A DNA stretch of 64,000 bases. It comes from Thermodesulfobacteriota bacterium. Lineage in GTDB: Bacteria > Desulfobacterota_D > UBA1144 > Nemesobacterales > Mycalebacteriaceae. Where the stretch lies: positions 512,001 to 576,000 of the forward strand of contig OZ245366.1 in the NCBI GenBank assembly GCA_965226585.1, in the 5' to 3' direction. Below, piece by piece: positions 55,789 to 64,000 of this stretch. Below the pieces are notes generated by a model. The model was given only the letters and a program-made list of their open reading frames with translations. It was not told where the DNA came from and ran no database searches. Each line of letters begins with the position of its first letter. Position 1 is the stretch's first letter. A program made the position numbers and the translations under genes.

Positions 55789-56849
55789 TTGCCCGCCATT
55801 TCCCCTGATATTTCGCTGTCTTTCAGGGCGGATATAAGTTTTTCAATGCCGCCGTTCATAACGGATTCTATGTTTGACACGGTCATGCCGATTCTGTGGT
55901 CTGTTACCCGCGACTGCGGAAAGTTGTATGTGCGTATCTTCTCGCTCCTCGCGCCGCCGCCGAGTTGTTTCTTCCTCTCGCCCGCCCGCTCGCTCATGCG
56001 TTTGCCGCTTTCCTCTTCATAAAGTTTCGCCCTCAGCATCCTCATACTTTGCGCCCGGTTTTTGTGTTGCGACCTTTCGCTCTGGCACTGAACCACAATT
56101 CCGGTCGGCTCGTGCGTTATGCGGACGGCGGAATCAGTTTTGTTCACGTGCTGACCGCCCGGACCAGACGCCTTGTAGGTGTCTATTTTCAAGTCTTTTT
56201 CATCCACCTCCACCTCTATCTCTTCCGGTTCCGCAAGAACGGCAACCGTTGCCGTTGAGGTGTGTATTCTTCCGCCCGTTTCCGTTGCCGGAACCCTCTG
56301 AACCCTGTGGACTCCGCTTTCATGCTTCAGACTGCCGAAAACCTCTTTGCCCTCAACCGTCAGAACCGCCTCCCGCACGCCGCCTATCTCCGTCTCGTTG
56401 ACACCTATCATATTAATCTTCCAGCCGTTTTTCTCGCAATATTTTGAATACATTGCCAGAAGGTTTCCCGCAAACAGAGCCGCCTCTTCGCCGCCCGTTC
56501 CGGGGCGTATCTCAAGGATAACGTTTCTGCCGTCATTGGGGTCTTTAGGGGAGAGCAGGGCGGTGAGAATTTCCTCACATTCCGCCTGTTCCGTTTTGAG
56601 CGTTTCTATCTCCGCCTGCGCCAGTTCCGCAAGTTCGGGGTCTTTCAAAAGTTCGGTGTTTTCTTCAATCCCCGCCACCGCCTCTTTATAGCGTCTGTAT
56701 GTTGAAACAGTTTCAGACATCTCCGATATCTCCCTTGAAAGACGCACAATTTCATCGGGCGATATACCGGGCTCCGAAAGTTTTTTTTCGTTGCCACCGT
56801 ATCTTGCTTCGGTTTCTTCAAGGGTTTTGAGGGTTCCGGCGTTGAGCAT
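55785..56849 (-). CDS. prfA: Peptide chain release factor 1
   Basis: GGQ motif, PAT anticodon-mimic (RVPATE), RTYNFPQSRVTDHR. Confidence 0.96.
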   Translation of the reverse strand: MLNAGTLKTLEETEARYGGNEKKLSEPGISPDEIVRLSREISEMSETVSTYRRYKEAVAGIEENTELLKDPELAELAQAEIETLKTEQAECEEILTALLSPKDPNDGRNVILEIRPGTGGEEAALFAGNLLAMYSKYCEKNGWKINMIGVNETEIGGVREAVLTVEGKEVFGSLKHESGVHRVQRVPATETGGRIHTSTATVAVLAEPEEIEVEVDEKDLKIDTYKASGPGGQHVNKTDSAVRITHEPTGIVVQCQSERSQHKNRAQSMRMLRAKLYEEESGKRMSERAGERKKQLGGGARSEKIRTYNFPQSRVTDHRIGMTVSNIESVMNGGIEKLISALKDSEISGEMAGK

Positions 56850-56874
56850 TGCCACCCGCTTATGTTCCCATACC

Positions 56875-56903
56875 TTGAACAAATTTCAAGGAAGCGTTAC
56901 AAT
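56875..56903 (+). promoter_or_regulatory. sigma70-like promoter of the zapB-zapA-5FCL-rny operon
   Basis: TTGAAC-N17-TACAAT, 10 nt before ATG 56914. Confidence 0.6.
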
Positions 56904-56913
56904 AAGCGAGGTT

Positions 56914-57114
56914 ATGAGTTCAGGCTTGGAAAGTAAAATTCTTGAGTGCGTAAAGCATGTGGATGATTTCGCCGGCGATTACGAAGCCCTTGTTATGGAG
57001 AACAGGGAACTCAAGAGAAAAGTTGACAGGCTTGAAACGGAAAGAAGAGAGTTAAGGCGCAGAGTATCTGACGTATCAGAGCGCGTGGAGGCCCACCTGA
57101 AGGTAAGGGCTTAA
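56914..57114 (+). CDS. ZapB-like coiled-coil protein
   Basis: Heptad-rich 66-aa ORF (LESKI...LVMENRELKRKVDRLE) directly upstream of zapA. Confidence 0.7.
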   Translation: MSSGLESKILECVKHVDDFAGDYEALVMENRELKRKVDRLETERRELRRRVSDVSERVEAHLKVRA

Positions 57115-57117
57115 TTT

Positions 57118-57483
57118 ATGGGTGATTTGGAAAGACAGGTTGAAGTTGTCATTACGGCTCTTGGTTCGACCTACCGTGTGAAGACGATGCCGGAAGACGG
57201 AGACCGCATAAAAAGGGCGGCCGCTCTTCTGGAAAAAGACATTGAGGAAGCTTCAAGCCAGCTCAACAGGCCCATGAACGAACGTGTTCCCAGTCATATC
57301 TTTTACGCCGCTCTCGGCATAGCCGACGAATTGCTTATGTTGAGGGAAAAAATTGAAGACAGCGATAAATCGAGGGAAGAACAGACAAAACGTCTTGAAA
57401 ACACTTTGGACAAATCTCTTATCTCCAAGTTCATCAAACTCAAAATGGCTTACGGAGCCGAGAGACGGGAAGGAAGAAGCTGA
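57118..57483 (+). CDS. zapA: Cell division protein ZapA
   Basis: VITALGSTYRVK...AAALLEKDI...AALGIADEL; conserved synteny. Confidence 0.8.
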   Translation: MGDLERQVEVVITALGSTYRVKTMPEDGDRIKRAAALLEKDIEEASSQLNRPMNERVPSHIFYAALGIADELLMLREKIEDSDKSREEQTKRLENTLDKSLISKFIKLKMAYGAERREGRS

Positions 57484-58102
57484 ACGGACGGTTTCCGGAA
57501 CAACTTCTGTTTCAAAAGACGAAATACGCGGCCGTTACAAACGGATGAGAGCCGCTCACAGCCCGTCCGCTCTTGCGGAACTGGGCTTGCGGGTTGCCGC
57601 GAATCTTTGCTCAAGCGACCTTTTCCTGAACTCTTCCAAAGTCGCGCTCTACGCGCCGCACCGGGGAGAGGTTGATGTGCTTTCCGCCTTTGACGCTCTG
57701 AAAAAGAGCGGAAAGAGGGCGTTTTTCCCCAGAGTTTGCGGCGAAGGGCTCAAGTTTTTTGAAGTCTTGCGCGCAGATGAACTTTCTCCGGGCAGTTTTT
57801 CAATTCCCGAACCCCCCGCAGACCCGTCCCGCGAGGCGGCGGTTCCGGAGCTTGACCTTATGGTTGTTCCGGGGCTTTGCTTTGACAGATTCGGCTCAAG
57901 GGTCGGCTCCGGCAAGGGCTTCTATGACAGGGCGGCGGCAAACACGGAGCCCTCAAAGGTGTGCGCCGTGGCGTACGGGTTTCAGTTCGTTGACTTTGAA
58001 CTTCCGTGCGAGCCTCACGACAGGCGCGCCGGATTCGTAATAACCGAGCGCGGAGTGTTTCGCGCGCAACAAATAACAAAAAGGAATGGTGACGAAAAAT
58101 GA
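57395..58102 (+). CDS. 5-formyltetrahydrofolate cyclo-ligase (start uncertain)
   Basis: KDEIR, GEVD, IPEP, VPGLCFDRFGSRVGSGKGFYDR, EPHD; only in-frame starts are TTG 57353 and 57395. Confidence 0.9.
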   Translation: MKTLWTNLLSPSSSNSKWLTEPRDGKEEAERTVSGTTSVSKDEIRGRYKRMRAAHSPSALAELGLRVAANLCSSDLFLNSSKVALYAPHRGEVDVLSAFDALKKSGKRAFFPRVCGEGLKFFEVLRADELSPGSFSIPEPPADPSREAAVPELDLMVVPGLCFDRFGSRVGSGKGFYDRAAANTEPSKVCAVAYGFQFVDFELPCEPHDRRAGFVITERGVFRAQQITKRNGDEK

Positions 58103-59661
58103 TTGAAATAATTTATATCGCCGCCGCAGCCGTGATTGCATTCGGCGCGGGGTTTGTAATACATCATCTGATTATATCTTCAGGGGAAAAGGAAACGCTT
58201 TCCAGAAAATCCGCTCTTGCGAAGCAGATTGTTGAGAGGGCAAAAAAGGACGCGAGCGGCATCATTGAGAGCGCGAAGTCCAGGTCTGCCGACATGAACC
58301 GCAAAAGCAAGCAGAGCCTTGAAAGGGTGGAGAAGGAAAAACGCCGCGAGATTTCCTCCGTAGATCAGGAAAACCGCAAGAACAAGGAAGCCGCAGACAA
58401 AAAACTGCAAGAGGCGCTTGAGAAGGAAATGAACATCAGCCGCCGCGAGCAGAGTCTTGACTCTCTTGAGAAATCTCTCAGAGACAGGCACTCGGAGATA
58501 GACAGCATGAAAGAGGATATGACAAAGCGGCTTGAAGAAATCTCAGGGCTTTCCGCCGAAGAGATAAAGCGCGAAATGCTTGAATCAATAGAAGAGCAGG
58601 CAAAGAAAGAGGCGTCTCTCAAAGTGCGGGAGATACACGAGGAAGCCGAAGAAGGGGCGAAAGAGGCCGCGCTGAAAGCCATCGCTCTTGCCGTTCACAA
58701 ATACGCCGGTTCGTACACGGCGGAGAACACATCTTCAACGGTTACCCTTCCCGACCCGACCATCAAGGGGAAAATCATAGGGCGCGAGGGCAGAAACATC
58801 AGGGCGCTTGAGGTTCGCACTGGGGTGGATTTCGTAATGGACGATTCGCCCGAAACCATTGTTCTGACAAGTTTGAACTCTCTCAGGCGCGAGATAGCGG
58901 TTGTGGCGCTCAACCGTCTCATTGAAGACGGCAGGGTGCATCCGGGCAGGATAGAAGAGGTTGTTACGGATGTTGAGCAGGAGATAAACGGCGAGATTAA
59001 AAAAGCCGGTGAGAACGCGGTTTTCGACCTCGGCATTCACGATATGGATCCCGAACTTGTGCGTCATGTGGGAATGCTCAAATACAGGCGGAGTTACGCC
59101 CAGAATGTGCTGAACCACTCAATAGAAGTGGCGTTTATATGCGGCATGATAGCGGCGGAGATTGGGTACGACCAGAATCTTGCCAAGCGCGCCGCTCTGC
59201 TTCACGATGTGGGCAAGGCGGTTGACCATGAGGTTGAGGGCTCTCACGTGGAGATAGGGGCGGATTTGGCGAAGAAATACGGGGAAGACCCCCGTGTGGT
59301 GAGAGCGGTAGCCCAGAGCCATGACGCGCGGGTTACCGATGTTCTTTCCATCATCGTTCAGGCGGCGGACACAATTTCCGCGTCCCGTCCCGGAGCCAGA
59401 AAGGAGAGTTACGAGAAATACATCAAACGTGTTGAAGACATAGAAAAAATCGGCAGTTCGTTTGACGGTGTCAGCAAATGTTTCGCCATACAGGCGGGCA
59501 GGGAGCTGCGCGTTATCGTAGAAAATACAGAGGTTGACGAGGGAGAGAGCGAGGGGCTTTCAAGGGGCATCGCGAAGAAGATACAGGAAGAGGTTTCGTA
59601 TCCCGGAAAGATAAAAGTAACGGTGATAAGAGAAACCCGCGCCGTGGCGTTCGCGTCATAA
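58099..59661 (+). CDS. rny: Ribonuclease Y
   Basis: N-terminal TM, coiled coil, KH (KIIGREGRNIR), HD (LLHDVGK), AIQAGRELRV. Confidence 0.97.
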   Translation: MIEIIYIAAAAVIAFGAGFVIHHLIISSGEKETLSRKSALAKQIVERAKKDASGIIESAKSRSADMNRKSKQSLERVEKEKRREISSVDQENRKNKEAADKKLQEALEKEMNISRREQSLDSLEKSLRDRHSEIDSMKEDMTKRLEEISGLSAEEIKREMLESIEEQAKKEASLKVREIHEEAEEGAKEAALKAIALAVHKYAGSYTAENTSSTVTLPDPTIKGKIIGREGRNIRALEVRTGVDFVMDDSPETIVLTSLNSLRREIAVVALNRLIEDGRVHPGRIEEVVTDVEQEINGEIKKAGENAVFDLGIHDMDPELVRHVGMLKYRRSYAQNVLNHSIEVAFICGMIAAEIGYDQNLAKRAALLHDVGKAVDHEVEGSHVEIGADLAKKYGEDPRVVRAVAQSHDARVTDVLSIIVQAADTISASRPGARKESYEKYIKRVEDIEKIGSSFDGVSKCFAIQAGRELRVIVENTEVDEGESEGLSRGIAKKIQEEVSYPGKIKVTVIRETRAVAFAS

Positions 59662-59669
59662 AAAGAGGG

Positions 59670-61751
59670 TCAGCCGTCTTTCCGCGCTTCCATCTTTGAG
59701 AGGTCTCCCACCTCAAAGAACAGGTCTTTTACCCTGCCGAGCAGGGCGAAGCGGTTTTTTCTCACGCGCGCGTCATCATGCATAACCATTGTGCTGTCAA
59801 AGAAATCGTCAATGGGTTTGCCAAGTGTCGCCGTGAGTTTCAGACGCTCTTCGCAGTCCGCTCCGCGCGGGCTTTCCATCTCTTTCAGGGACTGCCAGAG
59901 GGCTTTTTCTTCCGCGTTTTCAAAAAGGGCGGGATTCACCTTTCTCTCTTTGCTGTCTTTGATGATGTTCACAACCCTTTTGAAAGACGCCACGATGGAC
60001 TGAAACGATTTTGAGCCCCGGCACTTCTCAAGCGCGAGCACACGGTCGCGGCAGTTTGCTATGCCGTCAAAACCCGCCGATATTGCCGCCTCAACGGAGT
60101 CCGGTTTTGCGCCGTCTTCAACCATAATTCCTCTGAACCTTCCCGCGATAAACTCCATAATCTCATCCGATGTTTGTTTTACAGGCACGGAAGGGGCGGA
60201 GGAGTAGGACGCCTTTTCCAGAGTTTTCAGAACAAAGCCCGTCAGTTTTTTCGCGCTGAAATCAAAGCCCTTTTCAAACGTTATCCGTATCAGCCCGATT
60301 GCCTGCCTTCTCAGCGCGAGAGGGTCTGATGAGCCGCTCGGCTTCATTCCCAGATAGAAGCACGAGCAGATGTTGTCAATCTTGTCGGCTATAGCGAGCA
60401 GGGCTCCCGCCCCGGTTGACGGCAGGGCGGAATCCCGCGCGGTGGGCATGTACTGCTCTTCAATCGCCAGAGAAACTTCCGTGTCTTCTCCCGCCGCCGC
60501 CGAGTAGTGTCTGCCCATAACGCCCTGAAGTTCGGGAATTTCAAAAACCATCTGTGTTGTGAGGTCGGCTTTTGACAGGTGAGCCGCCCGCCTGAGTTTT
60601 TTCAACATCCCTCTTTCACCCGTTTGAGCCGTGAGTTCGGAAACGATTTTTTCCAGCCGCGCGGTTTTGCCGCCGTAACTTCCCAGCCCTGAGAGAAAGA
60701 CGGTTGAGTCAAGGTCTCCGACCCGTTTTTCGAGAGGGGTTTTAAGGTCTTCGGTGTGAAAAAACCCGGCGTCAACAAACCGCGCCCGCAAAACCCTGCG
60801 GTTTCCGTTGACCACCGTTTCGGGGTCTTTCACGGGCGTTCCGCACACAAAGATGAAATGGGGAAGAAGCCCGCCGCCGGGGGCGAACACGGGAAAGTAT
60901 TTCTGGTGATTTTTCATCACGCTCGTGAGAACCTCTTCGGGCAGTTCCAGAAACTTTTTTTCAAAACTTCCCGAAAGCACAAGCGGATACTCAACAAGCC
61001 CGTTCACGGTTTCAAGCAGTTCATCATCCGCCCGAAACTCGCCCCCCAGCGCCGCCGCCTCTTTTCTGACGCCTTTCTCAATGATATTTCGCCTTTTGTC
61101 CGGGTCTGCCACAACAAACTTTTTCTCCAGCCCTTCAAGATACGATTTCCACCCGCTCGGCTTGAACGGCTTTCCGCCCGCGAACCTGTGCCCTTCAACC
61201 GAAGACGAAAACGGAACCCCTTCCATCTCAAGTTTCAACGGCTTTCCGCCGTAAAAACACGCCAGTTTTCTCAGCGGCCTTGCAAACGCTATGCCCTCTC
61301 TCTGCCACCTCATGGATTTGGGACAGCGCACGCCCGCGATTATTTCAGGGGCTTTCTCCGCCACAATCTTCCCCGAATCTCCGCCCTTTATTTTCTGCCT
61401 GAAGGCGAGAAACCTGCCCTTGTCTCTGCGGACGATTTCAAGGTCTTTAACATCAACCCCCTTTCCGCGCGCAAATCCCAGAGCGGCGGCGGTGGGAGAA
61501 CCGTCATCGTTGAAAGCCGCCGCTTCAGAGGGTCCGAAGCTTTCAACCGTCATATCTTTCTGTCTCGGCTCAAGCCCCTCAACAAGCACGGCAAACCTTC
61601 TGGGCGTATGAAGGCACGAGACTTTTTCAAATCTCACCGCCAGTTCCCGCAGTCCGTTCTCAAAACCTTTTGAGAGCGAGTCCGCTATCACAACCGCCAT
61701 TGCGGAGGGAATTTCCTCAACCGCCAGTTCTATGAAGAGGTCTTTTTTCAT
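59670..61751 (-). CDS. glyS: Glycine--tRNA ligase beta subunit
   Basis: [42 protein letters not shown]. Confidence 0.96.
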   Translation of the reverse strand: MKKDLFIELAVEEIPSAMAVVIADSLSKGFENGLRELAVRFEKVSCLHTPRRFAVLVEGLEPRQKDMTVESFGPSEAAAFNDDGSPTAAALGFARGKGVDVKDLEIVRRDKGRFLAFRQKIKGGDSGKIVAEKAPEIIAGVRCPKSMRWQREGIAFARPLRKLACFYGGKPLKLEMEGVPFSSSVEGHRFAGGKPFKPSGWKSYLEGLEKKFVVADPDKRRNIIEKGVRKEAAALGGEFRADDELLETVNGLVEYPLVLSGSFEKKFLELPEEVLTSVMKNHQKYFPVFAPGGGLLPHFIFVCGTPVKDPETVVNGNRRVLRARFVDAGFFHTEDLKTPLEKRVGDLDSTVFLSGLGSYGGKTARLEKIVSELTAQTGERGMLKKLRRAAHLSKADLTTQMVFEIPELQGVMGRHYSAAAGEDTEVSLAIEEQYMPTARDSALPSTGAGALLAIADKIDNICSCFYLGMKPSGSSDPLALRRQAIGLIRITFEKGFDFSAKKLTGFVLKTLEKASYSSAPSVPVKQTSDEIMEFIAGRFRGIMVEDGAKPDSVEAAISAGFDGIANCRDRVLALEKCRGSKSFQSIVASFKRVVNIIKDSKERKVNPALFENAEEKALWQSLKEMESPRGADCEERLKLTATLGKPIDDFFDSTMVMHDDARVRKNRFALLGRVKDLFFEVGDLSKMEARKDG

Positions 61752-62641
61752 TTTTGCCGTTTTCCGCCTTTGCCTGTTTTAAGCAGAGGAAATCCCAGTT
61801 CTTCGCGTTTTTTCAGCCACGCCCTTGAACACGCCCCCGCAAGAGCGCGCACCTTTGCGATGTAGTTTTCCCTCTCCGCTATTCCCACCGCCCCGCGCGC
61901 GTCCAGCAGATTAAACGCGTGGGAACATTTCATGCAGTATTCGTAGGCGGGAAGCGGCAACCCCTTGGCGGCAAGTTTTTCGCATTCCGCCCCGAACCGC
62001 TCGAACAGGTCGGCAAGCATTTTTCTGTCAGATTCCTCAAAGTTGTAGGTTGAAAACTCTCTTTCGCTCTCCCTGTGAATCTCGCCGTAGGTGATGTCGC
62101 CGTCCCATGTGAGGTCAAAAACGTTGTCAACGCCCTGAAGGTACATGGCGATTCTTTCCGTTCCGTAGGTTATCTCCGCAGACACGGGGTCAAGGTCTAT
62201 TCCTCCCGCCTGCTGAAAGTAGGTGAACTGCGTTATCTCCATTCCGTCAAGCCAAACTTCCCATCCAAGCCCCCACGCGCCGAGAGTGGGAGATTCCCAG
62301 TCGTCTTCAACAAATCTGATGTCGTGCTTCATCGTGTCAATTCCGAATGACTCAAGGCTTTTGAGGTATAACTGCTGTATGTTTTCGGGCGACGGTTTGA
62401 TAAGAACCTGAAACTGATAGTAGTGCTGAAGCCGGTTGGGGTTGTCTCCGTATCTGCCGTCAGTCGGTCTTCTGCTCGGCTCCACATAAGCCGCCTTCCA
62501 CGGCTCCGGACCGAGACAGCGGAGAAAGGTGTGGGGGTTGAATGTGCCCGCGCCTTTTTCGGTGTCGCACGGCTGAACTATTATGCATCCCTGCTTCGCC
62601 CAGAAATCCTGAAGTGAGAGTATGAGTTTTTGAAAGGTCAT
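61748..62641 (-). CDS. glyQ: Glycine--tRNA ligase alpha subunit
   Basis: [39 protein letters not shown]. Confidence 0.98.
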   Translation of the reverse strand: MTFQKLILSLQDFWAKQGCIIVQPCDTEKGAGTFNPHTFLRCLGPEPWKAAYVEPSRRPTDGRYGDNPNRLQHYYQFQVLIKPSPENIQQLYLKSLESFGIDTMKHDIRFVEDDWESPTLGAWGLGWEVWLDGMEITQFTYFQQAGGIDLDPVSAEITYGTERIAMYLQGVDNVFDLTWDGDITYGEIHRESEREFSTYNFEESDRKMLADLFERFGAECEKLAAKGLPLPAYEYCMKCSHAFNLLDARGAVGIAERENYIAKVRALAGACSRAWLKKREELGFPLLKTGKGGKRQK

Positions 62642-62784
62642 TTTGCTTGTGATACGGAAAAAGAAAGCGTCTCCGTAAAAATACCACTAAACCCGCCGGA
62701 ATTAAAACGCTCTGCGGCGGCCGCTCTCCCGGCGGGCAATTTTCAGTTATACTTCCCGCCAATATCGTTTCCTTGTGAGTTCAT

Positions 62785-64000
62785 ATGACTAAACGGTTTT
62801 CATCTGGTGATTCATTTGTTTCCGGGGAAAACCCCTCAGACACGGAAACCCCGCTCATAGATTCAGAACTTCTGAAAATCATTCCCGAAAAACTCGCCAA
62901 AGAGCGCGGGGCGATTCCGCTTCGCAGAGAAAACGGCTCTGTGGTTGTCGCCGTCAGCGGAGAAACAACCCCGGACGTGCTTGATTTTGTAAAGTTCCGC
63001 AGCGGCAAAGGCGCGGATTTTGTTTCCGTTTCCTCTGAAACTGCGCGCCTTCTGATAGAGAAAAACTACGGCGCGGAAACGGGCGGCAAACAGGCGGGCG
63101 CGCAAAACGCTTTTTCGCCCGAAGCGATAAAACGCATAGCCGAAGAGGCAAGCAGAGCGGAGCGGGGGGAAAACCCCTCAGACACGGTAACGGCTTTCAC
63201 GCAGTCATCTCCGGTTGTCCGGCTTTCAAACTCCATTATAGAAGAGGCGTTTTCCAAAAGGGCGAGCGACATACACATAGAGCCGTATGAGGATGAGCTC
63301 AGGGTCAGATACAGGATTGACGGTGTTCTCTACGTGTTTCACACTTTTCCCGTTCAAACCGCGCCGATACTTGTTTCCCGTTTCAAGGTTATGTTCGGGC
63401 TTGATATCGCTGAAAAAAGACGCGCCCAGCAGGGAAGGATGAAGTTCAGTCCGCCGGGCGGAGAAAGTTTTGAGTGCAGAGTGTCTGTAGTTCCCGTAAC
63501 TTTCGGCGAGAAGATCGCCATCAGAATTCTTGACAAAACAACGCTTCAGCTCAGCCTTTCCGGTCTGGGTTTTGAAGACGGGCAGTTGTCTGGTTTTGAA
63601 AAGGCGGTGCGGGCGGAAAACGGAATGATACTGATTGCCGGTCCCACGGGAAGCGGAAAAACCACAACTCTCTACTCCGCCATTGAGGAGATAAAAAGCC
63701 CCGAAACCAACATCATCACCGTTGAAGACCCGATTGAATACGACCTTGACGGCATCAATCAGGTACAAGTGCGTGAGAGCACCGGGCTTACGTTTCCCGA
63801 ATGCCTCAGGTCTTTCCTCAGGCAGGATCCGGACGTGATTCTGGTGGGCGAGATACGCGATTCTGAAACCGCAGACATAGCCGTCAAGGCGTCTCTCACG
63901 GGTCATCTTATGCTCTCAACCGTTCACACAACGGACGCGCTTTCATCCATCGTCCGCCTGCTTGACATGGGAATAGAGCCGTTTCTTGTGGCTTCATCGC
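62785..64000 (+). CDS. pilB: PilB/GspE-family secretion/pilus assembly ATPase, partial (runs off window, absent from ORF track)
   Basis: My translation: RASDIHIEP, RYRIDGVL, GPTGSGKTTTLY, TVEDPIEY, LRQDPDVILVGEIRD, TGHLMLSTVHT. Confidence 0.93.
   Translation, partial: MTKRFSSGDSFVSGENPSDTETPLIDSELLKIIPEKLAKERGAIPLRRENGSVVVAVSGETTPDVLDFVKFRSGKGADFVSVSSETARLLIEKNYGAETGGKQAGAQNAFSPEAIKRIAEEASRAERGENPSDTVTAFTQSSPVVRLSNSIIEEAFSKRASDIHIEPYEDELRVRYRIDGVLYVFHTFPVQTAPILVSRFKVMFGLDIAEKRRAQQGRMKFSPPGGESFECRVSVVPVTFGEKIAIRILDKTTLQLSLSGLGFEDGQLSGFEKAVRAENGMILIAGPTGSGKTTTLYSAIEEIKSPETNIITVEDPIEYDLDGINQVQVRESTGLTFPECLRSFLRQDPDVILVGEIRDSETADIAVKASLTGHLMLSTVHTTDALSSIVRLLDMGIEPFLVASS
62824..63187 (+). repeat. 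22-bp perfect direct repeat inside pilB (62824-62845 and 63166-63187)
   Basis: GGGGAAAACCCCTCAGACACGG twice, 342 bp apart, both read as GENPSDT. Confidence 0.9.

Noticed and set aside
60756..61673. Long antisense ORFs (305 aa opposite glyS; 226 aa at 63226-63906 opposite pilB; many others)
   Set aside because: Shadows of well-supported genes on the other strand with no motifs.
62692..62736. CCCGCCGG/CCGGCGGG stem between glyQ and pilB as a riboswitch
   Set aside because: An 8-bp GC stem without recognisable aptamer features; plausible by chance.
1..64000. CRISPR array or cas genes
   Set aside because: No series of three or more identical repeats with unique spacers; the repeats at 3472-3634 and 48757-48840 have 2-3 palindromic units only.

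Overview
Compact, gene-dense bacterial chromosome segment of roughly 50% GC by eye. The gene content (MXAN_5808-type S41 protease, single-chain GcvP, glyQS, rny) suggests a deltaproteobacteria-like lineage such as Dadabacteria, but that is inference. The housekeeping backbone is thiE, thrC, a TonB receptor, two tRNA-Val genes, thrS-infC-rpmI-rplT, gcvTHP, surA-like, mfd, leuB, truA, S41 protease, thiI, nadE, gltBD, tyrS, dapF, prfA, zapB/zapA/5-FCL/rny, glyQS and a partial pilB. Three integrase-free, AT-richer accessory regions interrupt it. (1) 1-2330: an operon with a 209-aa protein that by eye resembles a truncated HK97 capsid fold, coupled to a PD-(D/E)xK-like nuclease, next to a fic gene with an operator array. 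(2) 8266-11600: cassettes behind each tRNA-Val, including a type II R-M pair and a membrane protein followed by an unannotated proline-rich peptide. (3) 39142-50280: an island bounded by a duplicated tyrS 3' end on one side and a duplicated promoter on the other. It carries a DUF488 two-gene module and a type I R-M operon in which an MNT antitoxin domain is fused to HsdS, flanked by a HEPN toxin and a PIN nuclease; this is the best candidate for an undescribed guarded defence system. Other points: DapF with both catalytic Cys replaced by Ser, a tandem double beta-barrel OMP, no room for 6S RNA at its usual locus, an ATA start for infC, a 22-bp in-frame direct repeat in pilB, and a recurring G/C strand polarity pointing into variable segments. 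All family calls are from motif reading; no searches were run.
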